A stretch of DNA of 64,000 nucleotides from Chrysomallon squamiferum (taxonomy: Eukaryota > Animalia > Mollusca), in assembly GCA_012295275.1 (NCBI GenBank), contig CM022670.1:7750001-7814000 (forward strand), written 5' to 3'. Both the position numbers and the translations under genes were made by a program. Positions 42,403 to 57,097 of this stretch are shown in pieces. The first letter of the stretch is position 1. Each line of letters starts with the position of its first letter. Below the pieces are notes generated by a model. That model was given only the letters and a program-made list of their open reading frames with translations, had not been told where the DNA came from and made no database searches.

Positions 42403-43335
42403 TTTGGAATTTACTCCAGACGAAAACTCAATAAATTACGGAATTCCTGACATAAAATTGGAAGAAACAGCCTCACACTTCGCTAGCATTCTTCGCCAAA
42501 TGCCGTTTCCAATCCATTTATTCCACGCGTCCAGAGCCAGTAAATCCATGGGGTGGGGAATGCCAGTGTATCCATGGAAACAGTTCTTGATGACCCAGAA
42601 AGGGGAAAAAATCAATGGTGGTATTAATGATGCATTTCAAAACGACTGTCCTTGCTTTTGGCTTATTCTCTTTGTTCTGATAAACTTGGTAAATGACCAG
42701 ATGCCCTCGGCGCTACGTCCCCTGGGTGGGGTTCCCCAACTGACCTCGTTCTGGGCAGGTCACGCGCTGAAACAAGACAAAGTCATTCATAAACGATGCT
42801 GAAGGGATGAAAAAAAAATCAATAGGACAACTTGTACATGGTTAAACACAAACCACTTTATGTGTGGGTATGTATCGAATTTCTTTCACTGTTCTGTCGT
42901 TCATGAGTTACTGTCTTATACTGTATTAATACAAAATAAATACATTATAAATATAACTGGTAAGAACAATAATAATTACATTTATTAATTTTAGTAAATA
43001 TACAGAAAGTTAAAATAATTGATCATTTCGATGTTGTAACGCAGGCACGGTAAAAATATGGTGATTACGCTGGTAAACGTAAAATAACAGGTGATGTAGT
43101 GAAATATTCTGCACGTGCAAATGCAGTTTATACCTAAGTGACCGCGGGATAAATCGCGAGCGATTCGTGTATACAAAAAACCGCAGACGGCAAAATCGAG
43201 CTGTCATCGCGGCCATGCTTGTATCATCGTTTCCGACAAAATCATAACAAGACGAACTGAACCAAGCGACACACGGCGTTCGATATATTAGCAGCATCAA
43301 ACGCATTCTTACATTTATCGACAAAATATACTTAC

Positions 43336-43470
43336 CACAACTTTAGCTTCACATAGCTATCGAATAGTTCCCGTGCAAATGTATCCAGAATACATATTTT
43401 TCGCTACACCACGATAATTCCCGAAAACGTCCTGTTCTATTTTTACACACAATCGCCGACAAAGAGAGGA
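43336..43470 (-). other. Candidate non-coding first exon of ANKRD50 (5' end approximate)
   Basis: Donor TTGTG|GTAAGT at 43336/43335, just downstream of a CpG-rich promoter-like motif cluster. Candidate acceptors for the next exon: TTTTTCATCCCTTCAG| at 42799/42798 or TTGTCTTGTTTCAG| at 42767/42766. Confidence 0.55.
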
Positions 43471-43479
43471 GAACCGTAA

Positions 43480-43520
43480 GCAGGCGGAGCTATGATGTCA
43501 GCAGCGATCTGATTGGTCAA
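43480..43520 (-). promoter_or_regulatory. Candidate proximal promoter of ANKRD50 (CCAAT box, CRE-like site, GC-box-like site)
   Basis: CTGATTGG (CCAATCAG on minus) at 43509-43516, TGATGTCA at 43493-43500 and AGGCGGAG at 43482-43489, within a CpG-rich stretch. Confidence 0.5.
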
Positions 43521-43963
43521 ACCGCTAGGGCCATCGCACATAACTGACTAAACCCTGAATAGCCTTTGACACATTTTATTTTCAGTGTAGACGAATTTAG
43601 GATTACGTTAGATGTAAACCAGACCTGATTTTAAAAGTCGTTTGGTTTATTCTAATGATTTATGTTAATAATAATAATAAGAAGAAGAAGAAGAAGAAGA
43701 AGAGGCTCCCGTATTTTATCTTATAAGACGCAACATGTTCGTTATTCATTAGAAATACTGAATTACATATATGATTAATTGATAATAATCGTTATTGATC
43801 AATACCGTTGTGTTAATGGATATTAGTACAGCGTCAAAACACGTAACAGAGAGCAGCAAACGTCAGGGTTGTAATTATGTTCTCATTTCATATCGTTTAA
43901 ATAAAACGGATCTGAAAAGCGGCATGCGAACTATCAATTCATCAAAATTTAATATACTTTTTA

Positions 43964-44019
<56 letters not shown>

Positions 44020-44079
44020 TACCGAATATATAATTATGCCTGTAATGACGATGAACATAAATACTCAGGAGAACTGAAG

Positions 44080-44117
<38 letters not shown>

Positions 44118-44364
44118 CTGTTCTACAAACATCTGCAAAAATATGGTCTAATTATAATTCTCATCTTCGAGTTATTCATCGTCTATATTGAACTACATTT
44201 TTTCTCGTTCTTCACAAGTAGTATGTCTAACATTAATAAATTGAATTTTGACATTTGCAGATCTTCTATCTATATAAAATGTGTTTTTTTAAGAATTTTT
44301 GATAAAGCTTTAAAAATGAGGTAAGTGCTGATTATTTATTTGATTAAAAATACGTTTAATATTT

Positions 44365-44396
<32 letters not shown>

Positions 44397-44936
44397 TATA
44401 CAGTGGGGTTTTTTTGTCACCTTTCTTTTCATAGTCTTTTTGTCGGCGACTGTGAAAGAAAAAAGCCACATAAAACTTAAGAATTGTTATCAGAGAATAA
44501 TGGAGTGTTTAGTTGGTGCGGCCATTGTTTTCTGATAACTGCAAAGCACAATGTTGACACAACAATTTGTCTAGTAGCTACAGATTATAATGGTTAGCTG
44601 GCAATAACCCCCTTTGATGTGACCGTTTCACAATGAATAGTCTACCCCTTTATATATAATGTTGTCGTAGCATATACATGTGTTAGGTTTACTTTAGATG
44701 TTACTGTTGTTGTTGTGACTGGGGTTTTGTCTACTTTTAGAACTAATTTTTAAGACAGTGAAGATGTTCATTCGTTCACTGTTAATAATAAAATCTAATG
44801 AAATTTTACTTTTGCTACTATTAATATTATTATTCATTTTAAAACTAATCTTATCATGACTGAACCATTAAGTATATTTCTACCACTTCTACTGCTTCTG
44901 CAATTACTACTACTATTTTTATTTATTTATTTATTA

Positions 44937-45004
<68 letters not shown>

Positions 45005-48000
45005 TTATTATTATTATTATCACCATCATCATCATCATCATCATTATTATTTATTAAATCAGTGCTAAACTGGTAAAGGATCCATCATCACCCTGTAATT
45101 TCAACAAGTGAAAGACAAAATAAATGGATAATCTAACTAATGCACAAAACGCGAGGCACACGCGGGGCTTGTACCGCCTGTCCTCAGCATGTGAGTTCAG
45201 TTCGTGTACAGCTGTAGTTCGTGTGGTAATTTCATTTCGTTTTACGACTGACTGAAGTAACCGACATGTTCATTTCACGTGAACGTCTGCCCGACCCCCT
45301 GCTGATACGTCTTTCTTTACGAGAATGAAAATCAAAGACGCGAAAACGAAGCAACAGTTTCCCAGTGAAAGATCTTTCTTCAGCATCGAGATGCTGCACG
45401 TAACAGCTTATGGGAACCCGATAATACAGGCGTTTTATTATTATTGTTATTATTATTATATGCGGGATGGATGTGTGAGTATGTTACTTTGTGTGTGTTG
45501 GTATGTGTGGATTACTGACTTACAATTGCTTACACAAAAATTATCTTTTTTTTCCTGTAACAGTTTGTATCACGCTGATATACAAATGTCCCTATTATGT
45601 CCTGTCTGTGTAAAGGTTTATTTTGTTTTAACATACCTTGCAGTTATTAAGAAAGAGAAGAAAGTTTATCGTGAGGATTATATGCAGAAATGCTAAAGAA
45701 ATAATGATCAGTGAGCACTAGAGATATTTTTAAACAACACCCAAGGACTACATTAATTTTATAAACTCGGAACTTCGATATTTTAAATCAGAGTAATGGA
45801 AGGTAAAGGAAATCTTACTTTTCCTGAAATGTACTTTAATGTTTTGTGTAAATAAACGATCTACGCCACGTCACTCGAGTGTAAATATTTATAGACGGAA
45901 TAAAATGGCCAAGAAGCATGAAAGTATTGTAGAAACAAGCAGACAATGTTTTGTAGCGCGGAGGTCACATGTGTTTATTTTTCCTCTCGGAGGGTTACAG
46001 CATAATGAGCCGGATGTGTCAATAGTTATAACGCTGCAACACGACCTGGTAATCATTTCCGCATGTCTCCAGCAATGTCGTAACCGATTTCTATAGAAGC
46101 TAAACAAACACAGGTGATGTCTTAATTACTACCCGCACAGGCGCAGATCCAGGTGGTGGTCGGAACACCCCTCTGCACAATGATATATATTTTGTTTTTC
46201 ATGTTAATTTGATTTGAAGAGTCTTCACATATTCAGTTTTTGTTACGATGTAATTACATTCACACGCATACATACACCAGCACGCGCGAATTGTGAGCCT
46301 TTATAAATTGTTACATAAATCTGGAGTGATGTCAGTTAATACGTTTATCTGTTTTTTTTTTTTTTTTCCGATGATCCTCTAATTAGTCATAATTTATCAT
46401 TGTGTACGTCAGGACAGCAGCTATTTCTCTGTTACTCCTGTTGCTGCTGATGTTGTAAATACTAAGACTGTCTACGTACCACTATTACCACAATGTCAGC
46501 TACTACCATTTCCTCCATGACTACATCTACTACTGCTATCACTACAACTACCACCACAACTGTTAGCGTTCCTCCATCACTAGAACTACCACAATTACCA
46601 CTACCACTAGTACTACTACTACTACAATATTTCCATTACTACAACCACCATGTACATCAACCATTCAATTATGCAAATATAAATACAGATAGTACTCGAC
46701 TTACCTTTCGAGCTAAGCAAAGTTTGATTCACAAAATGAATTAAACCTACCACCCAGCCTGCACGGACTGAACTAATGAAAATATAAATATTATTTCACA
46801 TTCTTTGTGCTAGACAAGAAAGCCTATATCCGCAGCAGGCCCCGCTAACAATCAGTGATAAGTATAAAAACATGAATGAAAATTTTTTTTTTTTTTTTTT
46901 GTGGGAGTGTCGGGTGACGGCGCAATGAACGGCAAGGTCAGCCGAACAGGTACGGGTTGATTAATTATCGTAAAGTGGTGTAATGAACCGCATCAAAACA
47001 TCTCGGCAACTGCAATAAAACTGTTCTCTATTGACAGACTGGAAAGGTTAAGTGAGACGCTCCTGTTGTCTGATGTCTTATTACGATCCTTTATTTAAAA
47101 TTTGTTAAAAAATGTAGAAAATTTCCCCCAAGCGACGATAAATTACGTGTTAACGATTTGTGTTCGTGGGTGTTAAAGAAAATATAAAACAATCATGAAA
47201 CAGTAATAATAGCTAATAATCCCAATTCCAGTGTTATCTGATTTTTTTTTTGTTTAGTCTTTAGCGTGTTGGAGTGTGATGGGTCGTCGGTTTGATCCTT
47301 ATCAATCACCTCATTCAACTGACTACTGCAATACATCTTCAGCTGGTTCGTCGTTATACAGTAAGGTGTATATAACTGTAAACGATTCTTCACAGATAAT
47401 CCACAACAGATGCCCGTGAACTTTTATAACTGAAAAAGACAGCCGGAAATATAAAAAAAAAAAAAAAAAAACAAAGAGATAGACAGACAGACAGACAGAC
47501 ACACAGAGAGACAGATAAACTCACTTCGTGTTGAAAGTCAGAAACAGTGGATCTTTCCCAGGTCTAATAACGAGATAAATGTGCACGAAACTCTGCCAAA
47601 TTGCCAATCAGTGATAAAACAGAATATCTCTGTTGGATGAGAAACCTGCGACGTAGGCTGTAATACGATTTCTGTGAAACGTATAACCCGAGAAGAGTAA
47701 CGTTTGATTTAATAACAAAACGTGGAAAAACAAGACCACAGAGGCAACAGAAAACAATAATTCATTTTTGAATAACAAAAGAAAAGAGTCAGTTTACGAC
47801 GACAAAAGACCAACAGTTTAATAGTTACAATAGACACATACAGACATGAGGATGTGCATATAATGTATGTATGTATGTATGTATGTTGTCTTTCTTTGTG
47901 TGCATGTATGTAAGTATCTACATAGCATATATTAGTGTATTTTTGTCTATGAATATGTGTAAGTACGTGTGAATGTATGTGTATGCCTGCTGTCTATAAT

Positions 48001-49064
48001 TAAGTATGAAGTATGTGTGTATGTATGTGTGTGTATGTATATATGTGTGTGTATGAATGTATAAGTATGTATGTATGCATGCATAAAGGAATCTGATGAT
48101 CATATGGTATACTGAAAACGTTTGTGAAACTGGTAAAAAAAAAAAAAAAATGTCTAAATTTCAAAACATCACAAAAAAAAAAGACCCACAATAATTAATT
48201 TATCAGACTCAAAGTCGTCTGTTACCGTGTCACATGATCTCATTTATCAGCTATTGCGTCATTCGTCTTCCACCGACGACTTCACTACCACTCGTCTAGC
48301 AAACTGACGACAGCAGCAACGTAGGCTAATTATTGTTTAAAGAAATCCGTCACTCGGCTACGCCAACGACTTCAGTACAAATTCAGTTTTATAACTGTGA
48401 GGCGATCGTGTTGTAGTCATTGTAAAAACTGCGTGGTTAATTTGAAAACTGAATATATATTATGGTGAAAGAAACAGTATGTAATTTTGTTAAATATACA
48501 TATATATAAAGTGACTTGTATATATATATAAAATATTTTAAAAATAGAGACAGGGAGCGGTGTTGCTAAGTAAAAAGTCACTCCGTCTGCGAGACATGGC
48601 TAGAACAGTGTCACTGATACATAAAGCTTAAATCAAGTTTACTGATGTTAAGGTGTAGGTGATACATAAAGCTTAAATTAAGTCTTATTGACTTGTCACG
48701 TTAAGGTTGCGTTAAATTATTGCTTGAATTAAAAAAGATACTAAGGCTGAACAAACAGTTTTAATCTTGATCATATCTCTTTATAGCTTTTCTTTTAAAC
48801 ACCCACAGCTTCACTTTTTTTATCGATTTCATCGAGTTAGAAGAGTGTGTATTTTCACTGATGTACTTCATAACGTTTTTGGCTACACGGTCTTCAGGGA
48901 TTATCTGACGCATTGAGAGCTTCTTTCTAGTGCAGAGAGTGTGAGATGTCTTTTTATTATGGATGTGTAAAATTCTCGATAAATCACAGCATTAAATTTC
49001 ATAAATGACTAAGCAGAAATCTTGTTACGGTCTACAGATAACAAAATCAATGTTAACTACCTTA

Positions 49065-49067
<3 letters not shown>

Positions 49068-49139
<72 letters not shown>
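49068..49139. repeat. (CA)n microsatellite
   Basis: Perfect run; a similar (TG)n tract lies at 16579-16642. Confidence 0.97.
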
Positions 49140-49141
<2 letters not shown>

Positions 49142-49761
49142 AAAAAAAGAACACCAAAAAGACAAGCAACAACAAAGGAAACAAATAAACTAAATAACAA
49201 GTTAGATTCACATACTTAAATAACCATCCTTCTTCCTTCGTGCAAGAGAACTGAACGTGTGTTTACACACTTAAATAACTCGGCCGAAAACCCGTTATAG
49301 TACAAGAAGCTTGGCAGTGACACTGCAACAATATTGTACTAGGGAAACAGATGAGATGGAAGGTGACTGATATGGGTGCGGTCCGATTCACTTTTGTTTA
49401 CTCTGTCATCATCTTTCGAAAAAAAAAAGACGTTGCTACACGTAACAAACAACCTTATCGGTGAAAACACTCCCTGCTACCTGGCAGATCAAGACGCTCT
49501 GCAGTATTTGTTATCGATTTACCTTTAACAAGCTTCCCTTACCTGTTACAGGTGCGTGTTATCGAATTTAACACGAGATGAAAACTTTCACTCCAGAACT
49601 TGAACCCTGCTACATATATACTGTTAACATTCCTTCACGAATCACTGAACTCAATACAGATATGTTAAGAATTACAGAACTGTAATATTCCTAATTATAG
49701 GCTCAGACAAATTTAGTGATAAGTTCGTAAGATGAAATTTTATTAATAAAAATAAAAATGT

Positions 49762-49797
<36 letters not shown>

Positions 49798-52700
49798 ATG
49801 GTAAATGTAAATAGTGATGTCTCTGTTTCTGTGTGCGTGTATATATGTTATCTTTCTTTCCATTTATTTTATTTTATTATATAAATAACAAAGCTAAGAC
49901 CTGTTTGTTTCTTTTGATTCTTAATTTTGAGTCGATCTCGATAGAGTCCTGACTCTTAATACAGTACTTATATGTCAATCAACGGCTGAAATGAAAAGAG
50001 TAAATCACTAAAAACAAAAGAGAAGAAAGAACACACAGATATCAAACTGTGAGAACAGCCAGTGACAAGAAGTACTCAGGTACCAAGTACAAGATAAAAG
50101 ACGACATATTCTAAGTGATGTCAAAGGACGTAAGTAATAAATGACAGTGATATGATATATTTGGAATGTTTATTTCTCAGTGTATAAATAATGTATAGGA
50201 TGATAGACTGATTAGTTTATTACAAAGTCATTCTAAGCCATAAAATACTTGATATACTTGATATATAATAAAACAAATTCTGATATTCTCTCCCGTGCTC
50301 TTATTTTTTATTCTTTATATATGACTATCTGTCTCTCTGTGTGTCTTTGTTTATCTATCTACCTTTCCATCTATATCTATATTTATATATCTTTCACTGT
50401 TTATCTTCCTATTTTTATCTGTTTATTTTGTATCTATCTTTCTATCTATCTATCTATCCATCTATCTATCTGTATATATCTATCTCTCTGTCTGTCTCTC
50501 TCTCTATATATATATATATCTGTCTCTCTGTCTATCTATCTATTTATCTATCCACTCATTTACACTCGAGGGCCTGTTGCAGCTCAACTGTATTATCAAA
50601 GCTCTACAATTCTATCAACACATTTGTTATTTTCTCTACTTATGCCTCACCGCTGGATTATCAAAAATCTTAGTGTCTGCTTTTTCGTTTACGGGATGGT
50701 AACAGTTAAATAATTTCCTACTGCTAATCTAAACCTAGTAAGTCTTCATCCATAACCAAATAATACTATAAATTAAAAAATTTAATTTCTTGCCTACCTT
50801 CTTTCTCTCCATATTTCTCGTTCTGTCTTACTCTCCCAGAACATATCTTTCTGTGGAAATTGTCGTTATTATTCTAGTTACACAAATAATAAAATTACGT
50901 CAACAAACGAAAGCTAATTTCATGAAATTTTCTACCGGAATCAAACGTATGGAGTGTTACCCTGGATCTCAACAAGGGACTTTCCTGTTACGTCTGCAAA
51001 TATCAGAATCAATACAGGGCAAACAGAACGTCAGAATGTGACACAGGGTCAATACTGTATCATAATTTCAAAATTAGGTTTTTTCTTTTATGAATCAAGT
51101 TGTGTCCCAAGAGGTCATGGTTTTGAATGACCTGCGAATTAAATCTGTCAAACGCAAAACAATGATGCAGAAGGATTGCCATTTCTGAATGAATGCTTGA
51201 CAGACATAATTTCAAAATACATATGATACTGCTATAACAAAAAACATGTTTTTGTAGACGTGTGTCTGTCAATTAGGTTTGTTCATTAATATATAAACAT
51301 TATTGTGATTAAAGTGAGCCGATAACTATGGCAGTGACGTGTGTCTTTACATAACAGTTATATCTACAAATATCATCTTTCAGACGTAAAATATCTTTCT
51401 AATTTTATGGTTTTGTTTTGTTTTTGTTTTCGTTTTATTTTATTTTATTTTATTTTTTGTTTTTGTTTTTATTTATCTATCTATCAGTCTGTCTGTCTAT
51501 TTATTTATTTATTTATTTATTTATTGTTGTTGTTGTTAATAATATTATTATTTTGGAATGACTAAAATCACTTACTTCTGTTTATCTTACGACCACAAAA
51601 ATAAGAGGAAACCAGAAATTTCCACATATCCACATTTACAAAAATATATATATATATATATCTAAAAGGCGCATTGTCATGGCATGCATTTTTTTTTTTC
51701 TTATTATTATTTTTTCTTCTCTCCATTAACTACAGTTACATATGGTTATTTAAATTACTGTCATAAAAGTAAGCCGAAACGTATCACTGTCAGTTATGTA
51801 TATAATAACAGCCAGACATAGATCCATTACCCACAAAGCTAATACTAATATACATTTCCTATCAATTACGCTTCACCGCATAACTAAACCGATTTACATA
51901 CAAAGTTCCCGCTATGCATTTCATTGCAAATTCTTCATTATTATCGCTTATTCTTTGACCTGATTATCTGGACAGGCATGAACCTGTTTGGCAAGGCAAG
52001 TAGGTATTAAGTCTGACCTATTTGGCAAAGGTGAAGATCAGAGGTCATGCATGTTTCTTTTTTCTACCTGACAGGTCCAATTAATCAGGGCGACAGGTGT
52101 GATATTGTTATGTAGGTTCAGGTAACAGAAATTTGTTTTATTAATAATAGCCGTGTGTGCGTGACTGGATTTGTGTACTGACGTATCAGTAACATGCCGT
52201 CGTAGTTCACGAAACTGTGTATAAGTTAGTGAAGAAAGAGGTAAGGAAAGAAAGAAGAGAGAAAGAGAGAAAGGAAAGAAGCTAAACAAAATAAAAAATT
52301 AAAACATGATTTTGTATAAATGTATCGTCCTGTTTGCATATGTATATGTCGATTTATCGTTATATGTGTACATACATACAAACGAACACAGACACACACA
52401 AACACACACAGACAGAAAAACATACACACGCACAAACATATCTCTACTTAGATACTCAGTCACATGCACACATACGCGCACATACATACATACATACAAA
52501 CACACATACATATACACATACATACAAATACTTGTGTACCAATACATACTGATCGTGTGAGACCACTCAAACCAAAACAAAGCAGATTACCTTCTCTTTT
52601 AATAAAAAAAAAACAAACAGCTGGATTTGGGGAAACCGTTTCAAGGGCCCAACTTACAAGAAACTAACGAAATATCAGCACGGAAACTACTTCGGATAAT

Positions 52701-55119
52701 GGGTGTCGGAACATAAAAAGGCATGAAAATAGTCAAATATTCAAAACATATCACAGACTGTACGTGCATTTCGCGGAGAGAGGGGTCGTGTTGCGACCAG
52801 AGACTCCGGGTTAATTCTCTTATTAAGAATCTATCTCCCTGTAACGCAATTTGCGTGGCCTGGTCAGAGATAAGCACACCGCGCTGAGAAACCTGAGTGG
52901 AGTTTTAGACGAGACGTAACGAAAATCAATGGATCGAGTGTACTCGGAGATTAACCCCCGTCTTACCGTGACCAGCTGAAACTGATACAAATTTCTCATC
53001 ATTGTTTGTATTTAGACTTTGTTTAGTTTGTAAAATTATTATATTATTATTATTGTTGTTGTTGTTGTTGTTGTTCTTGAAGTTATTGTTGTTTGGGTGG
53101 GTTTATTAGTTTTTTTGTGTTTTTTGGTTGTTGTTTTTTTTTTTTTTTTTGGTCTACTACTATTTGTTAGTTGTATAAAGTAATTTATTGTCCCGAAACC
53201 CAAGTGAATGCTGCTTGAGGGGAGGGACAACTTACAGAGAGAGAGAGCGTATTCATTATTATTATTATTATTATTACTACTACTACTATTTTGTTGTTAT
53301 TGTTGTTGTTGTTGTTGTTGTTGTTTGGTTGTGGAGTCGATGGTGATATAGATGTTGTTATCACTGTCGTTGGAGCCAAGAAAAAAGCTCACTGATGAGG
53401 CACTGGATTGGGATTTGGGTGGTCGTACGATCACTTCGTTTTTGTTCTCATATTGCATGGCTTACCTTTACAGCCCGTGTTTCACATTACTTCATCAAAA
53501 GCAGTGGTTCGTGCTATCCTGCATGTACTTTTTTTTTTATTTATTTATTTTTTATTTTTTTTATTTTTTTGCAGGATGTATATAAAACACACCGAAAGAA
53601 AATTACATCAATAAATGGGTACTTTTAAATTACCATTTGCTTGACGTCGTTTAACATCTGCTTGACGTCGTCAAAGAGAAATTTCCACTCACCAGTCGCT
53701 TCCTCCTCCTGCGAGTAGACTGTAACCAAATAACAGCCCGGTCAAGAGGCGAGACGGTGACTTATGTAACCGGTCTCTCGTTCAAGTATGTTTAAACAGA
53801 GTTTACATATTTTCACCAGATTGAGAACGACTGGAAATCGATCATCGTTCGACGTCACACTATCGATTATCGTTAAAAGGTTCCAGGCTGTGATTATTAT
53901 TCAAATTGATGGTTTATCTGGAGATAATAACGAAGATTAATTTTGCAGTGTTTTCTCTCGTAGAATATTGGTGTTTGTTATAGCTTTAAGAATGGTATCA
54001 ACTTTTAAAAGGAATGCAGGGAATGCAGATAGTAAAAAAAAAAAAGCAGAATGCAGATAGAATAGTAATAATTGTGATATTGCGAGGCTTTCATGTGGGT
54101 CAAGTAGCTCATGATGAATATTTAATGAACAGTTTCTCTGTCAGCACGAAGGACAAAATTAATTACCTCTCTCTCGCGGGCTGTGGTTTTCCAAAATTAA
54201 AGTATCTGGCTAGTGGCGTCATATCGTAGATGATAAACATTATTATGGACGCTTAATTTCACTCCCATTCGCCTTATCTGACTACAATACAAATTAAGCA
54301 AGAAGTAAACTTTGCTAACGGCATCAATGATGATAATATAAGAAATTAAAGCATCTGTTAATATAATTACCCTATTGGTTATTTCAGATATGCAATATGT
54401 ATTAAAGCAAAACACTAAACTATTTTAACACAGTAATTAAATATTACAGTAATTTTATATAAACTAAAAATAAGAGAATATATTAATGATTTTTACTTGA
54501 TGATTTGATTTGTTTTTGCATAATATAATGAGAAGAAGATGGCGGAATGAAAATTTAAAGTTTTCTTTCTGTTGACTGCCAATAGCTAATTCTGAAATGA
54601 TGAAATCTAAAGTAGGAAGCTCTCTATGTAATTTTATATGCACTTTCCCATAAAAAGAACCAATATTCCGCGGTCTAAAGCGTTCATGAATTTTAATGGC
54701 GATCAATCGATCTTAATAATACTGTCTGACAATAAAATAAGAAGGATGCACGGACACTGACATTTGTTTTTAATACTGTCAAAGTTTTCTGTTAGCGAAG
54801 ATCTGCTCAAGTTAACTAAACAAAAGTTTAATTTATTTTTCAACACCACGGAAAATACAGCTGATGCATTAACAGTTAAATATAAAAAGAAAAAAAAAAT
54901 CTTCTTAGTCCAGACATTGATCAGACAACATTCAAAAATCATTTAATTATTTCAGCTTTTGCTGACTGTGACATTTCTCAAATGACTTACTGAAAACATT
55001 TAAATCTGAACCCGAGATTAACTTCAGACCTGGATGACCTCTGACATTTACTTCCAAATCCATGAGTCAGCTCATCTGCTTCTGATCTTGTGGAGAAAAA
55101 AAAAATTAACAGTTTAACC

Positions 55120-55190
55120 TCTCCTGGCACGTGACCTGTCCTGTGCACGTGCAAAACGAGTCAAAAAAAAAAACGCGTCAGTAGAAACAC

Positions 55191-55241
<51 letters not shown>

Positions 55242-55570
55242 GTCTAGTCTCGAAGAAGACAAACCCAGCAGAATACACGGCGCCATGTTTAACGTGACTA
55301 TTCAACCTGACGTATTAATCATCCTCTGATTGGATAACGTGGTAGTGAAACCGTTCCCCGGAGACTCAGTCGAATCGATAACGTTTCTCTGACAGACAAC
55401 ACGGCGCCGCCACTCGGCCCTTTATTCAAGACCGACACGACCGACACGACAGACACGACGGCAAACTTACCACTTTTGAATCATGCTCGGCGTCGAAGTG
55501 AACACAAATATGAAATTGTCTTTAACAATCAAGCTCGGATGAACTAATTTCCGTTCGCTGATGGTGTTTG
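55120..55570. promoter_or_regulatory. CpG-rich promoter-like island with a minus-strand splice donor; possible distal first exon
   Basis: Dense CpG, E-boxes GCACGTGAC (~55127) and TGCACGTGCA (55144), CTGATTGG (~55326), and a YY1-like GGCGCCATGTT (~55279). Donor AAGTG|GTAAGT at 55471/55470. Confidence 0.4.
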
Positions 55571-56410
55571 GAACGCGTACAGAATTCTCACACTTAGGTT
55601 CTCTACCAAATTAAAACAAACAGTTAAAGTTATTAAATCTCTGTAACGAGGCTTTGCCATCTGTAGAGCATGGGTCGCTTTTAACAGAGCTATTGAATTT
55701 AAGTGGCACGATCTTTAACCAGAGTTAGGAAATAGGACATGACTACACCAAAATTGTGTCTGGACGTTTTTCTTTGTTACAAAAAAAAAGCTAACGTTGA
55801 TGTATGCAAAACACGCAATTTTTGTAACAGACATAATAAACCAAGACTTGGGCTGTATCAAATCATGATCCTGTCAGAGAAAACCCCCAAAATAGTAACA
55901 ACAATAATGAACGGGAATCAAAACCCTCCTTTTTTTCATTCCTTTTTTTTTTTTTTTTTCGTCTTCTTCTTTTTTTTTTTTTTTTTACTCTTTTTTCGAA
56001 TTTTTTTATTTTATTTTATTTTATTTTATTTTTTTACTTTCTTACGTACGTCTCAGTGACATAATTTGCCTGAGATTTCATGGAATGCGAGATCGATCCT
56101 CTTTAGTGACCCCAGTATGATATAAAAGAACAAATGGGTGGAAAAACTAGAATTTTAGTTTGATGTCCGACATCATTTTAGATTGGTAGAGAAGATAGAC
56201 GGCCTGGTTACAGATAACTCAGGAGAAATTTGTTCTTTTTAATAAAATTTTTTATAATAGATTTACAAACATTTAAAAATATGAACGGCGTAAACATGTT
56301 CGTTTTGTTTTGGTCTCTTTTTCTTTCTTTCTTTATAATTTATTTTATTTTTTTTTTTCTCTCGGTTTTTTTTTTTTTTTTGTTTGTTTGTTTGTTTGTT
56401 TCATCATCAA

Positions 56411-56465
<55 letters not shown>

Positions 56466-56831
56466 GCTAAGACAGTGAAATTATTTTATAATTTACTATC
56501 TTATTGTCTTCACACTACAAAAATGTTAATATCATTAACCATAAATACTCTTTATCATGTTTCATGTCTTAAAAAAAATGAAAAAAAAAAAAATGAAAAA
56601 AAGAAGAAAAAATGGCCAGTTTCACCCATCTATAACGCCTGAGCCTGAATGATAATAATTAATTTAATTATAACGTCCATCGATTCAGTGTCAACTATAA
56701 TTAAGTATGATTGGCCACGAGACAAAGCAAGTCATTACGTCATCGTTTAGCAAAGTATTAACGTGATTCATCAACCAAATTGACTTTATCATTGGTTTGA
56801 AAGGCTCGGATCTGCGTTCTCGACTTGTCAG

Positions 56832-57097
56832 TGGCTTTATCACACTGTTACGTAATTGTAATATTTTATTTATCTGTGGATATCTACACATACTCTTTCT
56901 TACATGCATTTATTTATTTCCATTTATTTGTTTCTTTTTTATTTTTATTATTTTCATTATGGCTTTATCACACTGTTACGTATTTGTAGGATTTTATTTG
57001 TCTATCTATCTACGTATATCTACACATACTCTTTTTTAAATGCATTTATTTATTTCCATTTATTTGTTTCGTTTTTATTTTTATTATTTTCATAATG
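56832..57097. repeat. Tandem duplication, period ~128 bp
   Basis: TGGCTTTATCACACTGTTACGTA..TATCTACACATACTCTTT..ATGCATTTATTTATTTCCATTTATTTGTTTC occurs at 56832 and again at 56960. Confidence 0.9.

Noticed and set aside
42200-42802. 200-aa plus-strand ORF antisense to the ANKRD50 start and leader
   Set aside because: Non-ATG start, no recognisable domain, and explained by GC-balanced sequence opposite a real exon. Not formally excluded.
46136-46180. CAGGCGCAGATCCAGG, resembling a Harbinger-type MITE terminus
   Set aside because: No matching inverted partner nearby; a single short motif is insufficient.
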